The notes under the pieces are model-generated. The model was not told the origin of the DNA, searched no databases, and worked only from the letters and a program-made list of their open reading frames with translations. Shown piece after piece: positions 8,183-16,519 of a stretch of 64,000 nt of DNA. The translations under genes and the position numbers were made by a program. The stretch's first letter is position 1. The number at the start of each line of letters is the position of its first letter. The stretch lies in the IMG/VR virus record IMGVR_UViG_3300042473_001540, positions 186,001 to 250,000 of that record. One strand, written 5' to 3'.

Positions 8183-8413
8183 GTGCACGATATCGACAAC
8201 GACTATCTCGCCAAAGGTCACAACCAGAGACGTGACTACAGCATGCTGGACCAATGGCATCTCTGCCAAGTGAATTTCTCCGCCGTTAACGGAGACAAGA
8301 TGTTTAGTTGGCTTGACGCAGCACCTGGGGAACGGTATTATTGGACACGAGCTGGTAACATTTGGTTTGAGAGGGAAGAAGACATGCTCTTGTTCAAGCT
8401 CACATGGTGTTGA
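8183..8413 (+). CDS. LTW-family small protein
   Basis: Ends WFEREEDMLLFKLTWC. Confidence 0.8.
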   Translation: MHDIDNDYLAKGHNQRRDYSMLDQWHLCQVNFSAVNGDKMFSWLDAAPGERYYWTRAGNIWFEREEDMLLFKLTWC

Positions 8414-8512
8414 GGGATGCAAGCCGGCAAAGTGTCAGAGCATGGCACGCTTTTGCTCCCTGTTGCCATTCAAAGACGTGATAGTGATCAGCTGTTTCCA
8501 TCGTGCATAAAG

Positions 8513-8563
8513 CCTTGTTTGCTGTCAAACAAGGGTTGACACCCTGCCTAAATCTGCTATACT
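8513..8563 (+). promoter_or_regulatory. Hairpin abutting an early promoter
   Basis: CCTTGTTTG-ctgt-CAAACAAGG then TTGACA-N16-TATACT. Confidence 0.75.
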
Positions 8564-8590
8564 CACCACACAAGGAAAGAGGACAAGTTG

Positions 8591-8971
8591 ATGAGCAACA
8601 AGCGAGCACTAGTTAAGCTGGGTCAGTTTATGATGCAGAGTGCTAGTAATTTTAAGTGCGATGTGACCTTCAACAAGTGGGCACGAGTAGGACAAGCACT
8701 TACTGAGCTGGACAGAATTTTTGCGCCGCAACTGCGCGAGTTTCCTGTAGAGGACCAACTGGTGGTGAAGTCTGCTGCGGCTGTGATGATGGGCAAGCTT
8801 GAAATGCCTGATATGCTGGTGCCTCGCGAGAGTATTCCTCGACGCACGCGTCGTGCTCGCATGACCCGGGTTATGAGCAAGAAGGAGCCCAAGGCTGCCA
8901 AGCCAACACTGTCCCAAGACAGTGTGGCGCCTCGCAAGCGTGGTCGACCCCGTAAAGTGGTGGCTGCATGA
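8591..8971 (+). CDS. Basic protein with a C-terminal AT-hook motif
   Basis: PRKRGRPRK at the C-terminus. Confidence 0.7.
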   Translation: MSNKRALVKLGQFMMQSASNFKCDVTFNKWARVGQALTELDRIFAPQLREFPVEDQLVVKSAAAVMMGKLEMPDMLVPRESIPRRTRRARMTRVMSKKEPKAAKPTLSQDSVAPRKRGRPRKVVAA

Positions 8972-9177
8972 GCCACTCTCTGCAAGCGGGCTGCGATGAA
9001 AACACCCTCAACCATATCACAATGGTGCTGAGTGAGCTGAGCAAGCATTTTGATGTGAGTTTCCGTCATGCAGCAATGCGAGCTGTGGGGTTGGAACTGA
9101 TCTCTCAGGACCAATGGGTGGCACTCCAAGAACTAGCCAAGAGCGAAGCTGTTCATCAAGCTTTGATGAAAGAATAG
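8968..9177 (+). CDS. Hypothetical protein
   Basis: ATGA overlap. Confidence 0.6.
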   Translation: MSHSLQAGCDENTLNHITMVLSELSKHFDVSFRHAAMRAVGLELISQDQWVALQELAKSEAVHQALMKE

Positions 9178-9188
9178 GAAAACTGCAC

Positions 9189-9347
9189 ATGCGAGTTTTG
9201 TATCTAGACTGGGACCCTGCCACTCGGTGCTACTTTGCTGTTACCAGCCAGGGCAGCCGCATTACATTGAAAAGCTCAACTGAGCCTGACGCAGATGCTG
9301 AGGCTTCTCAACTGGAAGCTGATGAAATGGTTCACGATGAGTTCTGA
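9189..9347 (+). CDS. Hypothetical protein with acidic C-terminus
   Basis: MRVLYLDWD...; RBS upstream. Confidence 0.55.
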   Translation: MRVLYLDWDPATRCYFAVTSQGSRITLKSSTEPDADAEASQLEADEMVHDEF

Positions 9348-9576
9348 ACGAAAAGTGCTGTATCAGCGGAATACTATGGGCTATTGGATCTTGCAGCATC
9401 CATCAGGTTTGTATCCTGCTGATACAGCACAGGGTTTTTGGAGTAATCACCAGGTGGAAGCCATGAGATTCCTCACAAAAGAGGAAGCCAACGCCTGTGC
9501 TGAGTATCTCTCCACGAGCGTTATAAGCGGTATCAAATGTGACAGTCTCTTGGTGGAGCCGCTGTTTCAGATGTGA
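9337..9576 (+). CDS. Hypothetical protein
   Basis: Coupled ORF. Confidence 0.55.
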   Translation: MSSERKVLYQRNTMGYWILQHPSGLYPADTAQGFWSNHQVEAMRFLTKEEANACAEYLSTSVISGIKCDSLLVEPLFQM

Positions 9577-10295
9577 ACATCAGGGTTGTAGTTGGCATTG
9601 TGACAGAGATCATGCCACTGAGTTTGAGTGTCATCTCTATAAGCTTTGCCACCACCCTTCTCTTCTACAGCTAACATTGGGTAGATAAGGGCCCTGCGGC
9701 CGCTTTTGGTGATAGTCCAGTCAGCATTGTTTGAAATGCTATAATGAGGATCAATCAAAGTTTTCCATTGGTGAACTGGGTCCTCAAATGTGTCTACAGC
9801 CCATTGAGCATGACGTCGGCGTATCATATACATTTGAGTACCATAAACATTGAATTCAAAGCTGTGATACGTGTAGGGCTGACTGATAATTGGCATAGTG
9901 GCCTCTACTCTAGAGATGGTTTCAGGCCTTAGGTATCCCAGCATCAATATATCCAAATCAAGCTTCTGGAAATTGGCTACCACACAAGGCAATTCTTCAG
10001 CAAAGTCTCGGCGGATCATAACATCATCCTCCACTACTATACAAATTTCGTCACCTGAATAGATAAACTTTTTGAGAATCTTCATGTGACCAGCCATGCA
10101 ACTCCAAGCCAGCTCGCTCCATTTGTTTTCTTTTTTGATCCTTTCTTTTTGCCAGTTATCTGGTGCCAGTGTGGGGTGCGATGCAGCAACACTCTCCACA
10201 AGAGAGATGTCTAGCCCCACTTGCTCAAACCGGTGTCGCATGCGTTCTGCTTTGCTGAGATTGCGAAAAGTTAGGCAATAGATCGTGGGAATCAT
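9567..10295 (-). CDS. Glycosyltransferase family 25-like
   Basis: YCLT...ERMRHRF, SCMAGH, IVVEDDV and YGTQMYMI motifs. Confidence 0.75.
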   Translation of the reverse strand: MIPTIYCLTFRNLSKAERMRHRFEQVGLDISLVESVAASHPTLAPDNWQKERIKKENKWSELAWSCMAGHMKILKKFIYSGDEICIVVEDDVMIRRDFAEELPCVVANFQKLDLDILMLGYLRPETISRVEATMPIISQPYTYHSFEFNVYGTQMYMIRRRHAQWAVDTFEDPVHQWKTLIDPHYSISNNADWTITKSGRRALIYPMLAVEEKGGGKAYRDDTQTQWHDLCHNANYNPDVHI

Positions 10296-10337
10296 AATCC
10301 ATAGTAGTTGACGTTGTGGAAAATCACAAATAACTTG

Positions 10338-10365
10338 TTGACAAAGATGTCGTCTGTCCTACACT
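10338..10365 (+). promoter_or_regulatory. Early promoter
   Basis: TTGACA-N16-TACACT. Confidence 0.65.
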
Positions 10366-10388
10366 GGAAGGATATGGAGAATCTTACA

Positions 10389-10811
10389 ATGGGTAAATCA
10401 ACAAGTTGTGGTGTGGTGATAACTGACGGGAACAAGTTGGTTGTTGGGCATGTAACACGTGGTAAATGGTGGGACCTACCTAAAGGAGGCATGAACCCTG
10501 GAGAAAGCTTTCTTGAAGCTGCACTGAGGGAACTAAATGAAGAAACTGGTTTGGTAGTGGAAGACACCTCAGCCCTTACGCCTCTGGGCGTGTTCCTATA
10601 TAAGCCAAAAAAGGATCTAGTGCTGTATCTTTGGAAGGTCGAACAAATGCCAGACCCCACTTCCCTAGTCTGCAAGAGCACGTTTAAAGACTCCAAAGGT
10701 CGTGATGTCAAAGAATTGGATCAATTTAAAGTAGTCACCTGGCAAGAAGCTGCAAACTTAGTCAATCCAGATATGCAAAAAGTATTGAAAAAAGTAGAGA
10801 AGGAAATTTAA
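10389..10811 (+). CDS. Nudix hydrolase
   Basis: Nudix box GGMNPGESFLEAALRELNEETGL; start set by GGAGA RBS. Confidence 0.9.
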   Translation: MGKSTSCGVVITDGNKLVVGHVTRGKWWDLPKGGMNPGESFLEAALRELNEETGLVVEDTSALTPLGVFLYKPKKDLVLYLWKVEQMPDPTSLVCKSTFKDSKGRDVKELDQFKVVTWQEAANLVNPDMQKVLKKVEKEI

Positions 10812-11107
10812 TGACACGAGATCAATTTGTTGAAAAACTGTTGTCTGGTGAAGTCAACCTAGTGTTTGAGAAACGAGATGGCTCTCACCGAAAAATGAAG
10901 GCCACATTATCTGAACAACTTGTGCCGCAAGTATCCACGACGCAAGTATCAACCAATAGAAAGTCAAAGGGGCAAAACTTGAATCTAGTGGTCCTCTGGG
11001 ATCTAGATAAGGGAAATTGGCGCAGTCTGAGGTTTGATAGTCTGCTGTCTGTTAATGGAATAGACATGTCTCAACTCATCAAAAATACTGAACGCTCCAC
11101 AAATTGA
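10811..11107 (+). CDS. WYL_2/DUF2693-like SH3-fold protein
   Basis: VFEKRDGSHRKMKATL...WDLDKGNWRSLRFDSL. Confidence 0.75.
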   Translation: MTRDQFVEKLLSGEVNLVFEKRDGSHRKMKATLSEQLVPQVSTTQVSTNRKSKGQNLNLVVLWDLDKGNWRSLRFDSLLSVNGIDMSQLIKNTERSTN

Positions 11108-11214
11108 GATTGAGGTATGTGTTTTGAGCATGCCTGTCTGGTAGCTATGCAACTTGTTGATCGCATAAATCTAGTGTAAATATTGCAGTGCAACATAGAG
11201 AAAGAGAGAAAGCA

Positions 11215-11394
11215 ATGTTTACTACACTTATCCGCGCTATTTTTGGCGACGTTTCAACCCACAACAGCAACATGAACCTGCGTTGGTCCAGCAACACTGA
11301 ACTAGCCAATTATTTCCGCGCAGAGTACAAGGAAAATGCTCCAGAAGCATATGACTACTTCATGTGCACAGGCAAGGGCAACTTTGCTGGCTGA
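11215..11394 (+). CDS. Small late protein
   Basis: TAAATA at 11177 and its own terminator. Confidence 0.55.
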   Translation: MFTTLIRAIFGDVSTHNSNMNLRWSSNTELANYFRAEYKENAPEAYDYFMCTGKGNFAG

Positions 11395-11420
11395 GTGCTA
11401 GCCCACATCTAAGATAGTGC

Positions 11421-11448
11421 AAAAAGCCCGGTGTATTCCGGGCTTTTT
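11421..11448 (+). terminator. Intrinsic terminator
   Basis: AAAAAGCCCG-gtgtattc-CGGGCTTTTT, followed by TTGACA at 11451. Confidence 0.85.
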
Positions 11449-11492
11449 CCTTGACATCGTAAGCAGCTATTTGGTAGTGTGATTACACTGGC

Positions 11493-11693
11493 ATGACACT
11501 TTCTCATTGTTACAACACACGGCTAATCAGGATGAGTATTCAAGAAGCCAACAGTCGTATCTGTTGGTGTGCTGATAATTTTGGTGACCGGGATATCAAG
11601 TGGACTGTGCGATGCCACGACAGAAGTCGTTATGAATGGTGGTTTACAAATAAGGATGATTTAATTTGGTTTGGCCTTGTTTGGGAAAGTTGA
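11493..11693 (+). CDS. LTW-family small protein
   Basis: Ends WWFTNKDDLIWFGLVWES. Confidence 0.7.
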   Translation: MTLSHCYNTRLIRMSIQEANSRICWCADNFGDRDIKWTVRCHDRSRYEWWFTNKDDLIWFGLVWES

Positions 11694-11754
11694 CTGAACA
11701 ACAGGGTGTGTTAAGTTTCAGATTGTTGAAACACTCGTGTATGGAGTAGGAAAA

Positions 11755-12033
11755 ATGAACACTCGCGTTTCTGAGTCTCAGCGTCGGGAAAATTCTCGAG
11801 CTATTGCTCGTAGGGATAAATGGCGTCAACAATATGTGGTTGTGGTGAAGGCTATTCGTGAACTCAAAAGCCAAACTCGCGGCCGGCCATATGATCCGGT
11901 GATCAAAGTGCAACTGCGTACAATGAGGCAGCTGGCTTGCGACATGATGTTTGAACGGACGCATTACATCCGTTTTGATCTGGTGAATACAGCATATCCT
12001 TATGCAGCTACAACACTGGAACAAGCTGCATGA
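11755..12033 (+). CDS. Hypothetical basic protein
   Basis: After TTGACT-N16-TAAGTT (11690-11717). Confidence 0.7.
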   Translation: MNTRVSESQRRENSRAIARRDKWRQQYVVVVKAIRELKSQTRGRPYDPVIKVQLRTMRQLACDMMFERTHYIRFDLVNTAYPYAATTLEQAA

Positions 12034-12545
12034 ACAAAGAAACTGTGTTAATGCAGGAGGTAATTGTAAATTATCACCCGCAATTCGCTGACAGCACTCA
12101 ACTTCGTGAGATCGGCATGTTGCGGCCAGAGATTTTCAAGGTGGAAATGCTGATTGAAGAATGTCTGGCGGCATGGGGTCCTTACAACTTGGTCAGAGGG
12201 GATCATCAAGATTTCAGTGATGGAAGTGATTGTAAAACTGCAAGTATTCGATCAGAACCGGTTAAAGCTGGTACAGCATCTCATAAAGGTGAAATCTCAG
12301 GTGTACAAACCAGTGCTGGTGTTGTCAAGCAGGGAGCATTACGGTGTGTAGTTTATAACCCTTGCGAAAACAATATCTTGTATTTTTACTTACCCAAAGA
12401 GTTTTGGACACAAAATATCAATCGGCATCCCACAACTGGTATGGGACGGATCTTTTTCACGTATAATCGTAACACAATGGTAATTCCCAAACTTATTCAA
12501 TATCAAGTGAATAATTTTGAAGAATTAGCAAGGACCACAGGGTAA
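12030..12545 (+). CDS. Hypothetical protein, possible PD-(D/E)xK fold
   Basis: E...DFSDGSDCK pattern; weak. Confidence 0.5.
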   Translation: MNKETVLMQEVIVNYHPQFADSTQLREIGMLRPEIFKVEMLIEECLAAWGPYNLVRGDHQDFSDGSDCKTASIRSEPVKAGTASHKGEISGVQTSAGVVKQGALRCVVYNPCENNILYFYLPKEFWTQNINRHPTTGMGRIFFTYNRNTMVIPKLIQYQVNNFEELARTTG

Positions 12546-12550
12546 CAAGC

Positions 12551-12736
12551 ATGCAGAACCTGGGTGCAGAACTTTGGCCCCACAGAGTTGAAACTCTGGG
12601 GGGCAGTGATCAAGCTGGCATGCGTGGTTGGCTTGAGCGGAACGTGGACTGCACTGCTTGGTTCTTTGCAGCAGCCAATGTTGTGTATTTTTCGCACAAA
12701 GAAGATGCTATGCGATTCAGTTTGATTTGGACATGA
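12551..12736 (+). CDS. LTW-family small protein
   Basis: Ends YFSHKEDAMRFSLIWT. Confidence 0.8.
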   Translation: MQNLGAELWPHRVETLGGSDQAGMRGWLERNVDCTAWFFAAANVVYFSHKEDAMRFSLIWT

Positions 12737-12945
12737 AGTATTGGGCAGCAACCACGTTGGATGAGCCCAGACGTCAGGAAATGTCACGCTGGTGCAACCA
12801 AAGTTTTGGCTACACTGGGTGGATGGTTCACCCCCAGTTTGGGCAATGTGAGGAAGAATGCTATCTCAAATGGAGTTTTTGGTATCAAGCGGATGTTGTT
12901 CTTTTCACCTTGGTTTGGGATGTCGCTGCCAATGAAGATAAGTGA
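12733..12945 (+). CDS. LTW-family small protein
   Basis: WSFWYQADVVLFTLVWD. Confidence 0.75.
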   Translation: MKYWAATTLDEPRRQEMSRWCNQSFGYTGWMVHPQFGQCEEECYLKWSFWYQADVVLFTLVWDVAANEDK

Positions 12946-13133
12946 ACCAACGTGGGACAAAATTATAGCCTATTACCAAACAAAATCTCACATAGATGAT
13001 TATAATTGGGCGAGCTTCAAACAGTGGGTATGTACAACCTATAACGTTGATAAAGTCTATTTGGGTGTTGAGGTTGAACTTGTTTTTTATCTCCCAAGAA
13101 GATGAGGCTGTGTTCGCATTAAGTTGGCTATAA
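12932..13133 (+). pseudogene. LTW-family gene split by a +1 frameshift at T6 (13083-13088)
   Basis: Removing one T gives ...ELVFISQEDEAVFALSWL*, ending next to the following ATG. Confidence 0.7.
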
Positions 13134-13331
13134 ATGGGCCCTACACCGTGGAGCCACTTGCCTTATGAAGTTACCTTGCCCATCAACTCAGTTCACAATC
13201 TGTTGAAGATCAGCATCTGGTGCAACAACAACTTTGGTGACCAACCCATCAAATGGATGTATATTGGGCAAGGTCGCTGGTTGTTTCCTTCAGAGGAGCA
13301 AGCTGCTGAGTTTGCGTTGATTTGGACATGA
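13134..13331 (+). CDS. LTW-family small protein
   Basis: Ends WLFPSEEQAAEFALIWT. Confidence 0.8.
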   Translation: MGPTPWSHLPYEVTLPINSVHNLLKISIWCNNNFGDQPIKWMYIGQGRWLFPSEEQAAEFALIWT

Positions 13332-13423
13332 ACAAAATTTGACAGCAGCGATAGCTACCTGTTTTGGCTGCTGACCGTCAGTTGACACAAACCAAATTGG
13401 CCTGCATAAATTGGAGTATGACA

Positions 13424-14476
13424 ATGGAAACTCTCAAACTACTGGCGGCCAATTTGCGTTGCACTGATGCAGATTTTGAAGCAAAATACGCTGATTTATT
13501 GAATCAAATCAACGTTGAACTGGACCAACGCGAGTTGAAGAAGCAGCTGGCCACTTATGCAGCTTCCTTAGGCAAAGAAAACAGTGTGCTGGATTTGAGC
13601 AGCAGTGTTGTTGGCCTCGAAGGCAAGATTGCATTTTGTTTGAACCATGGTGCTGAGTTGAACGCAAGCAGTCTCACCCGAGTGGTGTTGCTGCTGGACC
13701 GCCTGGCAGAGCAAACTGAGCGAGCTACTCCCACATGGCAAAATTTGCCCATTACTAGCCAAACACGGCAGCGGGATCAGTATGTTAACTGTTACAGTCG
13801 AATTGACAACCTCAAAACACAAACGTTACAAGGCACTCGAACAATACGTGAGGTGGCAGCAGGTGTGCGAGACATTGTATCAGCGTATGCACCCAGCAAC
13901 AGCGGAGTTCATCGTCAGTTATTGACTCATTACAAAGACTGTTTGCATGAAGCCCAAAGTGACCCCACTGTCAGCAATTGGGTGCCTGTGTTACGAACAG
14001 TGGTTGAAACCCTCACACTACTTAACAGCAATCGTGGCAGCATCAAACAAGGCAAGCGAACTGCACGGGCTAGGTTGATGAGCAGCACTGTTGACACTAG
14101 AGATCGCCAAGGAGAAGCTGCTGCCACTCGTATCAAAGTGAAGTCAACAGACACTGATTTGGGTATCACGTCAGTGGATCCCACTAATGTGGTTGGTGCT
14201 GAACTGGCCGTAGTCTACAACACCAAAACTCATCACGTGGAAGTGTATCGAGCCAGTGGAGAGCAAAAGCTCAGTGTGCAAGGGGCTCGCATCACCAATT
14301 TTGACCCTGCCTTGAGTCAAGGGCGAGCTTTGCGTGAGCCCGACAGTTGGCTGCCACGATTTACCAGCATTACCACAGTTCGACGTGCAGAAGTGTTGAT
14401 GACCAGCCTCAAGGGCAAAAAGTGGGCACTCTCTGGCAAACTAAACAGCAACCATCTTATCCTGAAAACTCTCTAA
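13424..14476 (+). CDS. Conserved hypothetical protein of large T4-like phages
   Basis: C-terminal SVDPTNVVGAELAVVYNTK...LSVQGARITNFD...GKLNSNHLILK recalled from such phages. Confidence 0.75.
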   Translation: METLKLLAANLRCTDADFEAKYADLLNQINVELDQRELKKQLATYAASLGKENSVLDLSSSVVGLEGKIAFCLNHGAELNASSLTRVVLLLDRLAEQTERATPTWQNLPITSQTRQRDQYVNCYSRIDNLKTQTLQGTRTIREVAAGVRDIVSAYAPSNSGVHRQLLTHYKDCLHEAQSDPTVSNWVPVLRTVVETLTLLNSNRGSIKQGKRTARARLMSSTVDTRDRQGEAAATRIKVKSTDTDLGITSVDPTNVVGAELAVVYNTKTHHVEVYRASGEQKLSVQGARITNFDPALSQGRALREPDSWLPRFTSITTVRRAEVLMTSLKGKKWALSGKLNSNHLILKTL

Positions 14477-14536
14477 AAAATCTTGCATTAGTGAAACGCC
14501 CTGTTACAACTGTTGGGCATATAGAGGAACAACGCT

Positions 14537-14842
14537 GTGGAACCCAAAGACCAACCAAACCCATTTGGTAAGTGGACCATTATTGGTGGGAATTTTCCAC
14601 CGGAATGGAAAGATGACCCAGAAATGGCTCGGATCATGCAAGCACTCTTGGAGGCTAGCATCATTGCTGCTCAGCGCGAAGAGGCTCTTGAACGACTTAT
14701 GGGGGTCCAGCAGGATCCGGATCCTGAACTGGATGATGCCATTACTGACATTATCCTTGACGATGTGCAGGAATATCCTGAGGCACTGGGTTGGATCATG
14801 GGCGCATATCGCAAGGGTGAAGAACTGGGCTGGAAACGCTAA
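14537..14842 (+). CDS. Hypothetical acidic protein
   Basis: GAGG RBS. Confidence 0.7.
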   Translation: MEPKDQPNPFGKWTIIGGNFPPEWKDDPEMARIMQALLEASIIAAQREEALERLMGVQQDPDPELDDAITDIILDDVQEYPEALGWIMGAYRKGEELGWKR

Positions 14843-14850
14843 AACCACTG

Positions 14851-14879
14851 TTGACAACCCCGTAACCCCCTGCTACTTT
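14851..14879 (+). promoter_or_regulatory. Early promoter
   Basis: TTGACA-N17-TACTTT with TGC. Confidence 0.65.
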
Positions 14880-14885
14880 AGGCAC

Positions 14886-15122
14886 ATGAACAACAAACCC
14901 AAACCCACTCCCGCCCGTCTTGTGCGCAGCCTCATCACCCTGCTGGGTACACCTCGAATCCTGTTCAGCGACCGCATTCAAAATGGTCGCAGCATCAAGG
15001 TATGGGGGTGGGATGAACGCCTCTACAGCGAGGCCAGCATGATCCTTGCGCGGCATGGCTACCGTGTGCGCAAGGTAAAGACCTCGTTTGGCAGCACTCG
15101 TCTTCACGTGTTTGAGAAATAG
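14886..15122 (+). CDS. Hypothetical basic protein
   Basis: Starts just after the promoter. Confidence 0.65.
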   Translation: MNNKPKPTPARLVRSLITLLGTPRILFSDRIQNGRSIKVWGWDERLYSEASMILARHGYRVRKVKTSFGSTRLHVFEK

Positions 15123-15133
15123 GAAAACCGGTT

Positions 15134-15505
15134 ATGACCGATGATCTCGGAAACCTTTCTGACAATGACTTCAAGCGCCTAGTGCACCTGGTGAACGAGA
15201 TCATCCACCTAAGCCACGAAGGTGCTCGAGAAGGGCAAGCTCGGGCACACGACATCTACGCACTGTCACGAGATGCACGCGACATCTTGATCCTGGACGA
15301 AACCAGTCGGGAAGCTATGCGACGCCTCACAAATACTGAACGTCCCACCATGTATGGGGTCACCATCAGCAAGTCTGTGGAAGACTATGTTCGTGCTGGC
15401 ATGAAGATCAATGCCATCAAAGAGCTGCGAACTGAAACGGCTCTGGGCCTGAAAGAGGCCAAGGACGTTGTGGAGGCTTTTGCCAGCACAATTACGCCCT
15501 TTTAG
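15134..15505 (+). CDS. Protein with a ribosomal protein L7/L12 C-terminal-like domain
   Basis: GMKINAIKELRTETALGLKEAKDVVE. Confidence 0.8.
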   Translation: MTDDLGNLSDNDFKRLVHLVNEIIHLSHEGAREGQARAHDIYALSRDARDILILDETSREAMRRLTNTERPTMYGVTISKSVEDYVRAGMKINAIKELRTETALGLKEAKDVVEAFASTITPF

Positions 15506-15517
15506 GCACATCTTTGG

Positions 15518-15545
15518 TTGACAACACTCAATATCCTGCTATGTT
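15518..15545 (+). promoter_or_regulatory. Early promoter
   Basis: TTGACA-N16-TATGTT with TGC. Confidence 0.7.
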
Positions 15546-15569
15546 GCGCTGGTAAATGGAGTACATGAC

Positions 15570-16157
15570 ATGACCAACAAGCCTCAGAAGATCGTTGTTC
15601 ACAAGCACGCCGCCAAGCGGTTGTTTCATGTGAGCATTCACAATGTTGACAGCAAGGCTGCTAACACCACTTGGCAGGGTATTGCAGGCAAGAGCCGTTA
15701 TGCATATGAACAGGGCTTGGTAGGCAACTACAAGAACGATCGCGTTCTCACTGGTGGGCTGATGCTGGCTTTTGTCAACACCCAATATGAGGGTTGGGAA
15801 ACACAGGACGTGGAGGGCGAGTTTCCCAACATGATCCGTGCTGCTGAACACAAGGAACAGGTGGCGGATCAGCTGATCCAGGAGGGTCTTACAAACGTTG
15901 GTGTGCGCAATGTGAACAGCAAGCGCGATCCCAGCAGTGATGGCATGGGCAGCAACTGGAACGCCAAGTTCAACCCCAACCGGATGACAATGGCCAAGGT
16001 GAACGAGAAGATTGACTGGATCAACACAAGCCTGCAGATGAACATCTCTCGAGACGTTCGGAGCCGGGCACTGCGGGCAGTGATTGGTGCTAACGGCAAT
16101 GTGGACAGCATGGCTGGCCTGCTCCGCTTCATCCGACAGGAAATGGGCCTGGTTTGA
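15570..16157 (+). CDS. Hypothetical protein
   Basis: GGAG RBS, 195 aa. Confidence 0.75.
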   Translation: MTNKPQKIVVHKHAAKRLFHVSIHNVDSKAANTTWQGIAGKSRYAYEQGLVGNYKNDRVLTGGLMLAFVNTQYEGWETQDVEGEFPNMIRAAEHKEQVADQLIQEGLTNVGVRNVNSKRDPSSDGMGSNWNAKFNPNRMTMAKVNEKIDWINTSLQMNISRDVRSRALRAVIGANGNVDSMAGLLRFIRQEMGLV

Positions 16158-16450
16158 TGGCTGCTGTTTATCGGATCCTGCATGTGCCTACTAGCATGTA
16201 TTTTTGCCCCAGCAGGGAAGTGCGAGTCAAGCTCGCAGACCTACCCAGCTATTATGGCAGCGGCACGATTGCAGTAAAGAGCAATCTCAGCAAAACTGGT
16301 AAGACCTATCTCAAACTGCCTACCATCAAGCAAATTGGCCAAAGATACTACACTCACTTGTTCAATTCTGTGACAGACATGGCTCCTGGAACACATTACT
16401 GTGTGAGGGCTGTGGTGGTGGATGAGTGGGTGGTTGAGGAAATGGCATAA
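16157..16450 (+). CDS. Hypothetical protein
   Basis: Coupled to the upstream gene. Confidence 0.65.
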   Translation: MAAVYRILHVPTSMYFCPSREVRVKLADLPSYYGSGTIAVKSNLSKTGKTYLKLPTIKQIGQRYYTHLFNSVTDMAPGTHYCVRAVVVDEWVVEEMA

Positions 16451-16519
16451 AGTTTTTGGTTGACACATAGCTACACCTAGTCTAATGTGCGTTGATAAGA
16501 CAGTTTTTGTGAGGACGAG

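Noticed and set aside
7675-8413. CRISPR array or DGR template/variable repeats in the repeated LTW 3' ends
   Set aside because: The repeats are coding and imperfect, with long unequal spacing. No cas or reverse transcriptase gene and no adenine-specific mismatch pattern were seen.
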